In this document: piece by piece, positions 1-8,545 of the stretch
Numbering within the stretch: position 1 is the stretch's first letter
How the letters are laid out: every line of letters starts with the position of its first letter
Origin: a virus
DNA length: 32,363 nucleotides
UHGV virus genome: UHGV-0310739
Direction: 5' to 3' (one strand)
Made by a program: the position numbers and the translations under genes
Notes under the pieces: generated by a model
Database searches by the model: none
Told to the model about the DNA's origin: nothing
Seen by the model: only the letters and a program-made list of their open reading frames with translations

Positions 1-206
1 TTAGGATCGTGGTTAAACAGTGCGCGTACATCATCACCAAGCACATCGTCAAAAGCGCCGGGCCGGATGATTTCGCGGAATGAACCGAATATCAGCTCAG
101 AACGACAGTCAAACACCGAACCATAACCGATAATGTGCGCCGGGTTATCGTCATGCCTCTCAGCACGCACCTCACCGCTGTAACAACGGATTTCACGGTC
201 ATTCAT
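1..206 (-). CDS. Prohead protease, HK97 family (N-terminal part; gene continues beyond window start); flanking DNA outside the Mu-like element
   Basis: Minus-strand ATG at 206-204 preceded by GAGGG; translation MNDREIRCYSGEVRAERHDDNPAHIIGYGSVFDCRSELIFGSFREIIRPGAFDDVLGDDVRALFNHDP carries the PGAF...DVRALFNHD pattern I associate with HK97-type prohead proteases. Not in ORF track because it has no stop in the window. Confidence 0.55.
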   Translation of the reverse strand, partial: MNDREIRCYSGEVRAERHDDNPAHIIGYGSVFDCRSELIFGSFREIIRPGAFDDVLGDDVRALFNHDP

Positions 207-323
207 TGGTTTTTCCCTCATCGTTTTTTGGGGGCTTAAAATCTCCTGCCGGGTTAGCAGCATTCACGCTTACCAGCATCTCGTCCAGCCCTTCAACCGG
301 ATTCATATCCTCGAATGCGCGGG
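199..323 (-). pseudogene. Possible 3' remnant of a gene interrupted by the Mu-like insertion (or a 35-aa small ORF); reading frame open from the attL junction to a TGA overlapping the protease start
   Basis: Minus-strand frame reads RAFEDMNPVEGLDEMLVSVNAANPAGDFKPPKNDEGKTNE then stop at 201-199, overlapping the protease ATG. Only 5 codons are open upstream of the internal ATG, so the evidence for disruption is weak. Confidence 0.25.
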
Positions 324-328
324 TGTAT

Positions 329-350
329 TGATTCACTTGAAGTACGAAAA
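329..350 (+). promoter_or_regulatory. attL transposase-binding site L1
   Basis: 22-mer tgattcacttgaagtacgaaaa, 6-27 bp from the element end; direct repeat of L3. Confidence 0.75.
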
Positions 351-433
351 AAACCGGGAGGACATTGGATTATTCGGTATTTGGCGGGATTAGATTTAGT
401 GGGGCTTGCAAGCCTGTAGGACAGATTTTAGCC

Positions 434-455
434 GTTACATCTTGAAACGCGAAAG
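434..455 (+). promoter_or_regulatory. attL transposase-binding site L2
   Basis: gttacatcttgaaacgcgaaag shares the ...TTGAA...CGAAA core with L1; offset 111 from the end. Confidence 0.65.
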
Positions 456-473
456 ATTGTTGGAAACAGCTTT

Positions 474-495
474 TGATTCATTAAAGACACGAAAA
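474..495 (+). promoter_or_regulatory. attL transposase-binding site L3
   Basis: tgattcattaaagacacgaaaa, near-identical in pattern to L1; offset 151 from the end. Confidence 0.7.
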
Positions 496-662
496 GCAAT
501 TACTTCACGCATCATTTCAAGTACAGCTTCAAAAATGCTTCAAAAACGGTAACAACCAGGCTTTCAGCAAGTGATGTGTGTCAAAAACAATCATCACTGT
601 TTGAGTATCTTACATATGTAATTACCTGGAGTGAAGTTTATGTCTTAGCTATTACCTGGTTG

Positions 663-1187
663 TTATACAGCTTTCTTTACATCGTTTTCTCTTACAGGGA
701 AATTATGTTCTTTGCCTTCATACTGAGACAAAATCTCTCTCACTTTTTCCGGTGGTAATGCCTGAAGAGTTTGCAGGGTTTTCTGTTGCTCCACAGTAAT
801 CCCTAATGCCTCTAATGCCTTATCTTTACTGACAATTGTAGGCATAAGTCCTTTAATCCCTGCTACACGAATGATCTCCACTGCTGCGGCCTGCTCATCT
901 GGTGTTAAGAAACTCATTGCATAAATTAGCCTCTCATCAACTGTATGGACGATTGATGTATGCACTGGTTTATCAGAAAGTGAGGCTCCTTTAATGGCCC
1001 TGCGTGTTTCTTCTGGCAGACTGTTGATGTGATACTCATAAGCGACACCTTTCCCACCGTGACGCTGACGTTTTACCCAATCTTCCGCCACAGCTTTCCT
1101 GGTAATGTTAGTCGCCAACTTTGGTACACCAGGCATCCCTTCCAGCTCTTTCGCATTAAACCATTCTTTGATTTCAAAAGACATCAT
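663..1187 (-). CDS. c: Mu-type repressor c (lysogeny repressor)
   Basis: 174-aa minus-strand ORF divergent from ner; N-terminus ([27 protein letters not shown]...GKGVAYEYHINSLP) is clearly homologous to the N-terminus of the adjacent transposase, the known Mu repressor/MuA shared DNA-binding domain. Confidence 0.85.
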   Translation of the reverse strand: MMSFEIKEWFNAKELEGMPGVPKLATNITRKAVAEDWVKRQRHGGKGVAYEYHINSLPEETRRAIKGASLSDKPVHTSIVHTVDERLIYAMSFLTPDEQAAAVEIIRVAGIKGLMPTIVSKDKALEALGITVEQQKTLQTLQALPPEKVREILSQYEGKEHNFPVRENDVKKAV

Positions 1188-1372
1188 TTAAAATCCTAGT
1201 GATTTCAATAGAGACAAAATAAATTCATATAAAAATCATGCTGTTATATGAAATCATGATAAATCCTTTCAAATCACTATTGATTTAAAAATGATTCCAC
1301 ACTACATTGCACGATATGCCGTGAGCTACTTTATAGCGTAGCTCACGGGGGAATCTGAAAGGATTACATGAA
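1188..1372. promoter_or_regulatory. Divergent operator/promoter region between c and ner (expected Pe/Pc, repressor operators, transposition enhancer)
   Basis: AT-rich 185-bp gap between divergent c and ner with reiterated (a)aatcat/tgattt motifs; about 0.9-1.05 kb from the left end, where Mu's operator/enhancer lies. Individual sites not resolved. Confidence 0.6.
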
Positions 1373-1594
1373 ATGCATATGAATAAAAGAACTAACCGCC
1401 AAGATTGGCACAGAGCTGACATCGTTGCAGAGCTACGAAAACGCAATATGTCACTAGCTGAATTGGGAAGATCTAATCATCTTTCGTCTTCAACATTAAA
1501 AAATGCTTTGGATAAGAGATATCCGAAAGCGGAGAAAATCATTGCAGATGCACTGGGAATGACACCGCAAGATATTTGGCCGTCTCGATACTAG
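1373..1594 (+). CDS. ner: Ner-like DNA-binding regulator
   Basis: 73 aa; first gene of the rightward early operon; motif [23 protein letters not shown]...IWPSRY typical of the Ner/Nlp family; GAAAGGA RBS upstream. Confidence 0.85.
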   Translation: MHMNKRTNRQDWHRADIVAELRKRNMSLAELGRSNHLSSSTLKNALDKRYPKAEKIIADALGMTPQDIWPSRY

Positions 1595-1601
1595 GTGCGC
1601 T

Positions 1602-3590
1602 ATGAAAGAATGGTATACAGCAAAAGAGTTGCTCGGTTTGGCAGGTTTACCAAAGCAAGCCACTAACATTACACGTAAGGCACAAAGAGAAGGCTGGGAG
1701 TTCAGGCAGGTTGCAGGGACTAAAGGTGTATCATTTGAATTCAATATCAAATCATTCCCTGTCGCATTACGTGCTGAAATTCTGTTGCAACAAGGGAGAA
1801 TTGAAACAAGTCAGGGGTATTTTGAAATCGCCCGCCCCACGCTGGAAGCCCATGATTATGATCGTGAGGCACTGTGGAGCAAATGGGATAACGCCAGCGA
1901 TTCCCAGCGCAGACTTGCTGAAAAATGGTTGCCTGCGGTTCAGGCTGCAGACGAAATGCTGAACCAGGGGATTTCAACGAAAACGGCTTTTGCGACCGTT
2001 GCAGGGCATTACCAGGTCAGCGCATCCACTTTGCGGGACAAGTATTACCAGGTACAGAAGTTTGCGAAGCCTGACTGGGCGGCTGCACTTGTTGATGGAC
2101 GTGGAGCATCCCGTCGCAATGTTCACAAAAGTGAATTTGACGAGGATGCCTGGCAGTTTCTGATTGCAGATTATCTGCGACCGGAAAAACCCGCCTTCCG
2201 CAAATGTTATGAGCGTCTGGAACTGGCAGCCCGCGAGCATGGCTGGAGTATTCCCTCCCGTGCCACGGCCTTTCGCCGGATTCAGCAACTGGACGAGGCA
2301 ATGGTTGTTGCCTGTCGTGAAGGTGAACATGCACTGATGCATCTGATACCGGCACAGCAGCGAACTGTGGAACACCTGGACGCCATGCAGTGGATCAACG
2401 GCGACGGTTATCTGCATAACGTCTTTGTACGCTGGTTTAACGGTGATGTGATCCGTCCGAAAACATGGTTCTGGCAGGATGTGAAAACCCGAAAAATTCT
2501 GGGCTGGCGCTGCGATGTGAGCGAGAACATTGATTCAATTCGCCTCTCGTTCATGGATGTTGTGACTCGCTACGGTATCCCGGAGGATTTTCACATCACC
2601 ATTGATAACACCCGTGGTGCTGCGAATAAATGGCTGACGGGAGGCGCGCCCAATCGCTACCGCTTTAAGGTAAAAGAGGACGATCCAAAAGGACTGTTTT
2701 TACTGATGGGGGCGAAAATGCACTGGACAAGCGTTGTTGCCGGTAAAGGCTGGGGCCAGGCAAAACCTGTTGAACGTGCTTTCGGTGTTGGTGGGCTTGA
2801 GGAATACGTTGATAAGCATCCGGCACTGGCTGGCGCATATACGGGGCCTAATCCGCAGGCAAAACCTGATAACTATGGCGACCGCGCTGTTGATGCAGAG
2901 CTGTTTCTGAAAACCCTTGCCGAAGGTGTGGCGATGTTCAATGCCAGAACAGGCCGTGAAACAGAAATGTGCGGAGGCAAACTTTCGTTTGATGACGTTT
3001 TTGAGCGTGAATACGCCAGAACGATTGTGCGTAAGCCTACCGAAGAGCAAAAACGGATGCTGTTACTGCCTGCCGAGGCAGTGAACGTTTCACGTAAAGG
3101 CGAGTTCGCGCTTAAAGTTGGTGGCTCCCTTAAAGGTGCGAAAAACGTTTATTACAACATGGCGTTAATGAATGCCGGAGTAAAAAAAGTTGTGGTCAGA
3201 TTTGATCCACAGCAGTTACACAGCACGGTTTATTGCTACACCCTTGACGGTCGGTTTATCTGTGAAGCGGAATGTCTGGCACCTGTTGCGTTTAATGATG
3301 CTGCGGCAGGCCGTGAATATCGCCGCCGCCAGAAACAACTGAAATCTGCGACGAAAGCAGCAATTAAGGCACAGAAACAAATGGATGCACTGGAAGTGGC
3401 AGAGCTGCTGCCGCAGATAGCCGAACCTGAAGCACCAGAATCACGAATTGTCGGCATTTTCCGGCCTTCCGGTAATACGGAACGAGTGAAGAATCAGGAG
3501 CGTGATGATGAATACGAAACTGAGCGTGATGAATATCTGAATCATTCGCTGGATATTCTGGAACAGAACAGACGTAAAAAAGCCATTTAA
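1602..3590 (+). CDS. A: DDE transposase (MuA)
   Basis: 662 aa; N-terminal domain paralogous to repressor; DDE residues readable at D268 (WINGDGY), D335 (ITIDNTRG), E391 (KPVERAF), matching the spacing of MuA D269/D336/E392. Confidence 0.95.
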   Translation: MKEWYTAKELLGLAGLPKQATNITRKAQREGWEFRQVAGTKGVSFEFNIKSFPVALRAEILLQQGRIETSQGYFEIARPTLEAHDYDREALWSKWDNASDSQRRLAEKWLPAVQAADEMLNQGISTKTAFATVAGHYQVSASTLRDKYYQVQKFAKPDWAAALVDGRGASRRNVHKSEFDEDAWQFLIADYLRPEKPAFRKCYERLELAAREHGWSIPSRATAFRRIQQLDEAMVVACREGEHALMHLIPAQQRTVEHLDAMQWINGDGYLHNVFVRWFNGDVIRPKTWFWQDVKTRKILGWRCDVSENIDSIRLSFMDVVTRYGIPEDFHITIDNTRGAANKWLTGGAPNRYRFKVKEDDPKGLFLLMGAKMHWTSVVAGKGWGQAKPVERAFGVGGLEEYVDKHPALAGAYTGPNPQAKPDNYGDRAVDAELFLKTLAEGVAMFNARTGRETEMCGGKLSFDDVFEREYARTIVRKPTEEQKRMLLLPAEAVNVSRKGEFALKVGGSLKGAKNVYYNMALMNAGVKKVVVRFDPQQLHSTVYCYTLDGRFICEAECLAPVAFNDAAAGREYRRRQKQLKSATKAAIKAQKQMDALEVAELLPQIAEPEAPESRIVGIFRPSGNTERVKNQERDDEYETERDEYLNHSLDILEQNRRKKAI

Positions 3591-3628
3591 TTAACGTTTA
3601 AACAAAATTTAATTACGAGGTTATTCAG

Positions 3629-4567
3629 ATGAATATTTCCGATATTCGCGCAGGACTGCGCACGCTTGTAGAAAATGAAGAAACCACCTTTAAACAAATT
3701 GCTCTTGAGAGCGGACTTTCTACCGGAACTATCAGTAGTTTTATCAATGATAAGTACAACGGGGATAACGAGCGTGTTTCACAAATGCTGCAACGCTGGC
3801 TGGAAAAATATCATGCAGTTGCAGAACTACCTGAACCGCCCCGCTTTGTGGAAACGCAGACGGTAAAACAAATCTGGACAAGTATGCGTTTTGCCAGCCT
3901 GACTGAAAGTATTGCTGTTGTATGTGGCAATCCTGGTGTGGGCAAAACCGAAGCGGCCCGTGAATATCGCCGCACCAATAACAATGTCTGGATGATCACC
4001 ATTACGCCATCCTGTGCCAGCGTTCTGGAATGTCTTACTGAACTGGCGTTTGAGCTGGGAATGAATGACGCACCACGCCGTAAAGGGCCGCTCTCCCGCG
4101 CCCTGCGACGTCGCCTTGAAGGTACACAGGGGCTGGTTATCATCGACGAAGCTGATCATCTTGGTGCCGAAGTTCTGGAAGAACTCCGCCTGTTACAGGA
4201 ATCAACCCGTATTGGCCTTGTGCTGATGGGAAATCACCGGGTTTATTCAAATATGACGGGGGGTAACAGAACGGTTGAATTTGCCCGTCTGTTTTCCCGT
4301 ATTGCAAAGCGCACTGCAATTAATAAAACCAAAAAAGCCGATGTAAAAGCTATTGCGGATGCCTGGCAGATTAACGGCGAAAAAGAACTGGAGTTATTAC
4401 AGCAGATTGCGCAGAAACCAGGTGCGCTTCGCATTCTGAATCATTCACTTCGCCTTGCCGCCATGACGGCTCACGGTAAAGGTGAGCGTGTTAACGAAGA
4501 TTATCTGCGTCAGGCTTTCCGTGAATTAGACCTGGACGTTGATATTTCAACGCTGCTGCGTAATTAA
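3629..4567 (+). CDS. B: Transposition target-DNA activator (MuB), AAA+ ATPase
   Basis: 312 aa (the size of Mu B); Walker A GNPGVGKT and Walker B LVIIDEADHL readable in the translation; immediately downstream of A. Confidence 0.95.
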   Translation: MNISDIRAGLRTLVENEETTFKQIALESGLSTGTISSFINDKYNGDNERVSQMLQRWLEKYHAVAELPEPPRFVETQTVKQIWTSMRFASLTESIAVVCGNPGVGKTEAAREYRRTNNNVWMITITPSCASVLECLTELAFELGMNDAPRRKGPLSRALRRRLEGTQGLVIIDEADHLGAEVLEELRLLQESTRIGLVLMGNHRVYSNMTGGNRTVEFARLFSRIAKRTAINKTKKADVKAIADAWQINGEKELELLQQIAQKPGALRILNHSLRLAAMTAHGKGERVNEDYLRQAFRELDLDVDISTLLRN

Positions 4568-4582
4568 GAAGGAGAAGAAATT

Positions 4583-4810
4583 ATGATGGCCCGAAATATA
4601 AAAATGGCAACGGATGCGCAGAACTGGTTACAGGCGCGCGGGAGTCATGTAAATGAATCATATCTCGGCGTGGCGCGTCCGATTCTTGAAATCACTTACC
4701 CACCGGTGGAACTGGTAAAAAACGCGGTCAGAATTATGGAGCATAAGTCCGGGGTGGCCCGTTCTGTATGGACGGCCCGTCTTAATGGTTGCCAGATTAT
4801 CTGGAGATAA
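4583..4810 (+). CDS. Small early protein at the Mu kil position (host killing / cell-division inhibition candidate)
   Basis: 75 aa, strong AAGGAG RBS, immediately after B as kil is in Mu; assignment by position and size only. Confidence 0.5.
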
Positions 4811-4812
4811 CG

Positions 4813-5043
4813 ATGTGTATTAAAGCTGAAAAATATATTGAATGGGTTAAACACTGTCAGTGCCACGGGTTGCCGCTGACGACATATAAATGCCCCGGAT
4901 GTGGTGAACAGATTATGACGCAATGCTCACCCGAAAAGGAAATTCGGGATTCCCTGACATGTTGTCCGTGGTGCAGCGCGGTTTTCTTTAAGCAGGTAAA
5001 AGGCGCGAAGGTAAAAGCCAGCGCAGTTATTCAGAATCAATAA
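4813..5043 (+). CDS. Hypothetical zinc-ribbon protein
   Basis: ATG at 4813 with GGAG 6 nt upstream (ORF track opens earlier at 4789); CPGC and CPWC pairs about 20 residues apart. Confidence 0.5.
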   Translation: MCIKAEKYIEWVKHCQCHGLPLTTYKCPGCGEQIMTQCSPEKEIRDSLTCCPWCSAVFFKQVKGAKVKASAVIQNQ

Positions 5044-5054
5044 GGAGAAACAAA

Positions 5055-5324
5055 ATGGCAAAGGTTATCTTTGAGTTTACATGGCTGGAAAGTAGTGACG
5101 GTTGCAATGGGCGCAGAGAAGTTCTGGATGCAAAAGCATGTCTTGCAGATATCTCGCCAACGGAAAATACCGGGCCTCATGATTTACTGGCAAATATCGT
5201 CCTGACTATGGCTCCTGAAATTATTAAAAAGGCCAAAGATGAGATGCTGACCACTATGAAGAAAGTGGGTATGGAAGCTGAATGTGATTTAGTACCACAT
5301 CCGGTGAATGCGGTTAAACATTAA
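5055..5324 (+). CDS. Hypothetical early protein
   Basis: 89-aa ORF in the rightward early operon with AGGAG RBS; no recognisable motif. Confidence 0.5.
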   Translation: MAKVIFEFTWLESSDGCNGRREVLDAKACLADISPTENTGPHDLLANIVLTMAPEIIKKAKDEMLTTMKKVGMEAECDLVPHPVNAVKH

Positions 5325-5344
5325 TTCGCAAAGGAACGCTGACA

Positions 5345-5764
5345 ATGAACGTCAAAATCCGAAATGAAATTCAGGCATTAATCCGAATTCAGGAACGCAA
5401 TAACAACGGTGGTGAATTACGCGAGTTTATTTGCGCCAGGAAAGTTGATGATTGTGGTGAAAAGACGTACCTGATTGCTTTCGACCATTACAGCATCTGT
5501 GCGCGTTATTGCGGCGAAAGCATATCCCGCGCCATTGCATTTGGAGGTGCGTTCAACGTGGATTTATGGGAGTACGTCATGGACCGGGAATACATCTGCG
5601 CATCAGACCCTGAAGCCCGTGAAATGTGGCAGCGTATCTGGCGCGATTACCGGTTAATGGCAAAAGGCTGGGCGCGCTGCTGTTATTCCTCGCTTGCCCT
5701 GAAAGCGGTTCAGTTATCGCTGCGACATATTCCGGCACCACTGCGCGAGCCTCTGCTGTACTGA
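5345..5764 (+). CDS. Hypothetical early protein
   Basis: 139-aa ORF, co-oriented and tightly packed. Confidence 0.5.
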   Translation: MNVKIRNEIQALIRIQERNNNGGELREFICARKVDDCGEKTYLIAFDHYSICARYCGESISRAIAFGGAFNVDLWEYVMDREYICASDPEAREMWQRIWRDYRLMAKGWARCCYSSLALKAVQLSLRHIPAPLREPLLY

Positions 5765-6064
5765 ATGGTGGCTGACATGAAGTGTAATCGTAAGCGCTGG
5801 TCACGCGAAGACCGGGAATTTATCGAAGCCAACGTCGGGAAAATGACCGTTGAAGAAATGGCGGAAAAACTGAAAGTCGCCACAACCGCCCTCCGGGCAC
5901 ATGCCAGAAGGCACGGAATATCATTGTGTGTATACCGAATCAGTGAGCACGACAAATATTTGTGTCGTGAACTTTATAAAGAAGGGCTGGATATTCATGT
6001 CATTGCCCGAAAGATGGAATTAAGCAATCGGGCTGTATCCAGCATTGTATACAGCGGATATTAA
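5765..6064 (+). CDS. Hypothetical early protein with two helix-turn-helix-like segments
   Basis: 99 aa; two segments (MTVEEMAEKLKVATTALRAHARRHG and LDIHVIARKMELSNRAVSSIVY) look like HTH units; the start could instead be the in-frame ATG at 5777. Confidence 0.45.
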   Translation: MVADMKCNRKRWSREDREFIEANVGKMTVEEMAEKLKVATTALRAHARRHGISLCVYRISEHDKYLCRELYKEGLDIHVIARKMELSNRAVSSIVYSGY

Positions 6065-6083
6065 TTAACAGGAGCTTTAATTT

Positions 6084-6608
6084 ATGGCTAAACCAGCAAA
6101 ACGTATCAAAAGTGCCGCAGCGGCTTATGTGCCACAAAACCGCGATGCGGTGATTACCGATATTAAACGCATCGGGGATTTACAGCGCGAAGCATCACGT
6201 CTGGAAACGGAAATGAATGATGCCATCGCGGAAATTACGGAGAAATTTGCAGCCCGGATTGCACCGATTAAAACCGATATTGAAACCCTTTCAAAAGGTG
6301 TTCAGGGATGGTGTGAAGCGAACCGCGACGAACTGACAAACGGCGGCAAAGTGAAGACGGCGAATCTTGTCACCGGTGATGTATCGTGGCGGGTCCGTCC
6401 ACCCTCAGTAAGTATTCGTGGTATGGATGCAGTGATGGAAACGCTGGAGCGTCTTGGCCTGCAACGCTTTATTCGCACGAAGCAGGAAATCAACAAGGAA
6501 GCGATTTTACTGGAACCGAAAGCGGTCGCAAGTGTTGCCGGAATTACAGTTAAATCGGGAATTGAAGATTTTTCCATTATTCCGTTTGAACAGGAAGCCG
6601 GTATTTAA
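6084..6608 (+). CDS. gam: Host-nuclease inhibitor Gam (Ku-like DNA-end-binding protein)
   Basis: 174 aa, the size of Mu Gam, and the sequence (MAKPAKRIKSAAAAYVPQNRDAVITDIKRIGDLQREASRLETEMNDAIAEITEKF...) matches my recollection of Mu Gam; GGAG RBS. Confidence 0.8.
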   Translation: MAKPAKRIKSAAAAYVPQNRDAVITDIKRIGDLQREASRLETEMNDAIAEITEKFAARIAPIKTDIETLSKGVQGWCEANRDELTNGGKVKTANLVTGDVSWRVRPPSVSIRGMDAVMETLERLGLQRFIRTKQEINKEAILLEPKAVASVAGITVKSGIEDFSIIPFEQEAGI

Positions 6609-6706
6609 TACCACCATTAATATTTAATTAATTCACATTCTTTTAATTATGGCGCGATGCGTCAGGGGATTGCTCGCGCCTGAAACAGATTACTGAGGAA
6701 TAAAAC

Positions 6707-7237
6707 ATGGTTGATGCAAAAATTCTGAATGGTGTCAGCACATTATTACGGGCTTACGGACGCCTGACCTGCGGAGTTCTGGCTGAAAAAATGAATATGC
6801 TGCCCTCGTCAATGGTGTATTTCCTGCGTGATGCAGTTGATGCCGGAGTGCTCACCGAATGCAACGGATTTTATGACGTTCCGCGCCCGCGTCCGACGCC
6901 GCCTGTAAGACGAAACGTAACTGAGCAGCCTGCTGTTGATGATGCGGTGTGGTGCAACTGGCGTCGCTCATTACCCTGGGTGGAAGGTAATACCATCCCC
7001 GCGCTGGCAAAAGAGTTTGCGACGGGCGTACTGACCTGTGAATCCGTTCACATCGTTGCAGAAGTGGACAACAGCATGTGCGAACAGGGTATGCCCCGTT
7101 TTGTGATGGCTTATATCGATATCCGGCTGGGGCGTTTTATTTGCAGTTCAAGCGCCTGGAATATCACCGACCATGTACTGCGTTATCTCATTCTTGATTG
7201 TTCTCCGGTTCCCGCAGCGGTGCAGGAGGTGGCGTGA
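6707..7237 (+). CDS. Hypothetical early protein, possible N-terminal winged-helix
   Basis: 176-aa ORF with AGGAA RBS; stop overlaps the next start (ATGA). Confidence 0.5.
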   Translation: MVDAKILNGVSTLLRAYGRLTCGVLAEKMNMLPSSMVYFLRDAVDAGVLTECNGFYDVPRPRPTPPVRRNVTEQPAVDDAVWCNWRRSLPWVEGNTIPALAKEFATGVLTCESVHIVAEVDNSMCEQGMPRFVMAYIDIRLGRFICSSSAWNITDHVLRYLILDCSPVPAAVQEVA

Positions 7238-7767
7238 TGTTTTTTAAAACGTCAAATTCCGCAGCACTGCTGGCATGGGACCAGTTTATGGCGGACTGCC
7301 TGAAACTACGCGAAGAAGCCCGCCATCTTGATAAGGTTCTGGGCTGTGGTTGCCGGTCAGTATTCAGCACAGGTATTGGTGGGCGTCATTTTCATGGCGT
7401 GAATTTTCCGGGGAATGAGCGCCCCTTCTCGCGGGAGCTGTGGACCGTACAACGGCCCGCATCAGGTAACAGTTGCAGGCCCAGAACTTCACGGATACCT
7501 GCTCATCTCAGGGAGCAGGCAAGAGAGCTGGCGAAAATATGGCAGGAGAATATTCCGGTCACTTACGCCCGCACAGACGCTCTTTTACCCGCACTGGGAC
7601 TGGATTTCAGCGCAACAATATTCGGGCCGCTCCAGTGGTTCCGTGTTGGTGATGTGATTTACGTCATGACGGGGATGACACCCGCACAAGGCCGCATGAC
7701 TGAAATCCTTTCTGACGAATTTATCCGGGCGCAAAAACAGGCGGAGGTAAACAATGGAAAACAATGA
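7237..7767 (+). CDS. Hypothetical early protein
   Basis: ATG 7237 with GGAGG 7 nt upstream (ORF track opens at 7198); 176 aa. Confidence 0.5.
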   Translation: MFFKTSNSAALLAWDQFMADCLKLREEARHLDKVLGCGCRSVFSTGIGGRHFHGVNFPGNERPFSRELWTVQRPASGNSCRPRTSRIPAHLREQARELAKIWQENIPVTYARTDALLPALGLDFSATIFGPLQWFRVGDVIYVMTGMTPAQGRMTEILSDEFIRAQKQAEVNNGKQ

Positions 7768-7946
7768 AAAACAATGAAACATCGTATTCGTGGCTGGGGA
7801 AATTTACCACGGTGAAACAGGAATGCCCGACCTGCGGTAATGAATCTCCTGAATATCTGAAAGAGTGCCCTCATTGTGGCGGGCAGAAATGCAACCACTG
7901 CGATATGGGCGATGACACGGCGTGCATGAATTGTGAAGGTGAATAA
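7764..7946 (+). CDS. Hypothetical Cys-rich zinc-ribbon protein
   Basis: 60 aa with four CxxC pairs (CPTC, CPHC, CNHC, CMNC); start overlaps the upstream stop (ATGA). Confidence 0.5.
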   Translation: MKNNETSYSWLGKFTTVKQECPTCGNESPEYLKECPHCGGQKCNHCDMGDDTACMNCEGE

Positions 7947-8238
7947 TATGAATAATGAAACTAAATTTACGCCTAAAGACCTGGATGAAGAACTGGTGAA
8001 AGCTAAGATGCTTGAGCGTATGCGCGATGTTATTGAGACTGCAATCAGTAAAGGCTTTTCTGCGAGAGAGGCCCTTGAAATTATGACACGGGAAATTCAT
8101 CTCATACGCGACGAAGTTTTGTTGCATAACAAAAAAGCCCACAACAATATTGTTTGTCGTGAGCTTGGCGTTGATGATTCAGCGGTTATTCCACAGCGTC
8201 AGTATCTGTGTGCTCTGATGAGAGGTTCCCGGCATTAA
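7933..8238 (+). CDS. Hypothetical protein (last rightward early ORF before the AT-rich island)
   Basis: 101 aa; GAAGGTG RBS 6 nt before ATG 7933; 3' end overlaps the convergent minus-strand ORF by 53 bp. Confidence 0.5.
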   Translation: MKVNNMNNETKFTPKDLDEELVKAKMLERMRDVIETAISKGFSAREALEIMTREIHLIRDEVLLHNKKAHNNIVCRELGVDDSAVIPQRQYLCALMRGSRH

Positions 8239-8545
8239 CAATATCCTGCCTTGAAGCCCAGAGCTTATTGAGCAGCAGATCAACATACTCATCGGCCTCA
8301 AAATCCAGTTCTTCGAACGTTTTTCGGTTCTTATAGCTGGCCTGTGTATTTCTGATGATGTCATAAGCATCGTGCATGTTGATAACACCGTTTTCAATCA
8401 GCTTAATCATCAGATTACCGACCAGCATAAAACCGGTTATACCAAAGAATTTATCCTGGTTATTAACAGGGGTGTCTTTCTGGTTTGTTTCGAAATCTGG
8501 GTTTTGTTCATCATCCGACACCGTATGTTGTTCTTGTTCAGCCAT
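8186..8545 (-). CDS. Hypothetical acidic protein encoded antisense to the early operon (candidate moron)
   Basis: 119 aa; AAGGA RBS about 6 nt before the minus-strand ATG at 8545; Asp/Glu-rich with a disordered-looking N-terminus; sits in a visibly AT-richer segment where a 120-codon open frame is unlikely by chance. Confidence 0.6.
   Translation of the reverse strand: MAEQEQHTVSDDEQNPDFETNQKDTPVNNQDKFFGITGFMLVGNLMIKLIENGVINMHDAYDIIRNTQASYKNRKTFEELDFEADEYVDLLLNKLWASRQDIVNAGNLSSEHTDTDAVE

Noticed and set aside
576-758. 60-aa plus-strand ORF overlapping the 3' end of the repressor gene
   Set aside because: No RBS, hydrophobic junk-like translation, overlaps the repressor coding sequence on the opposite strand.
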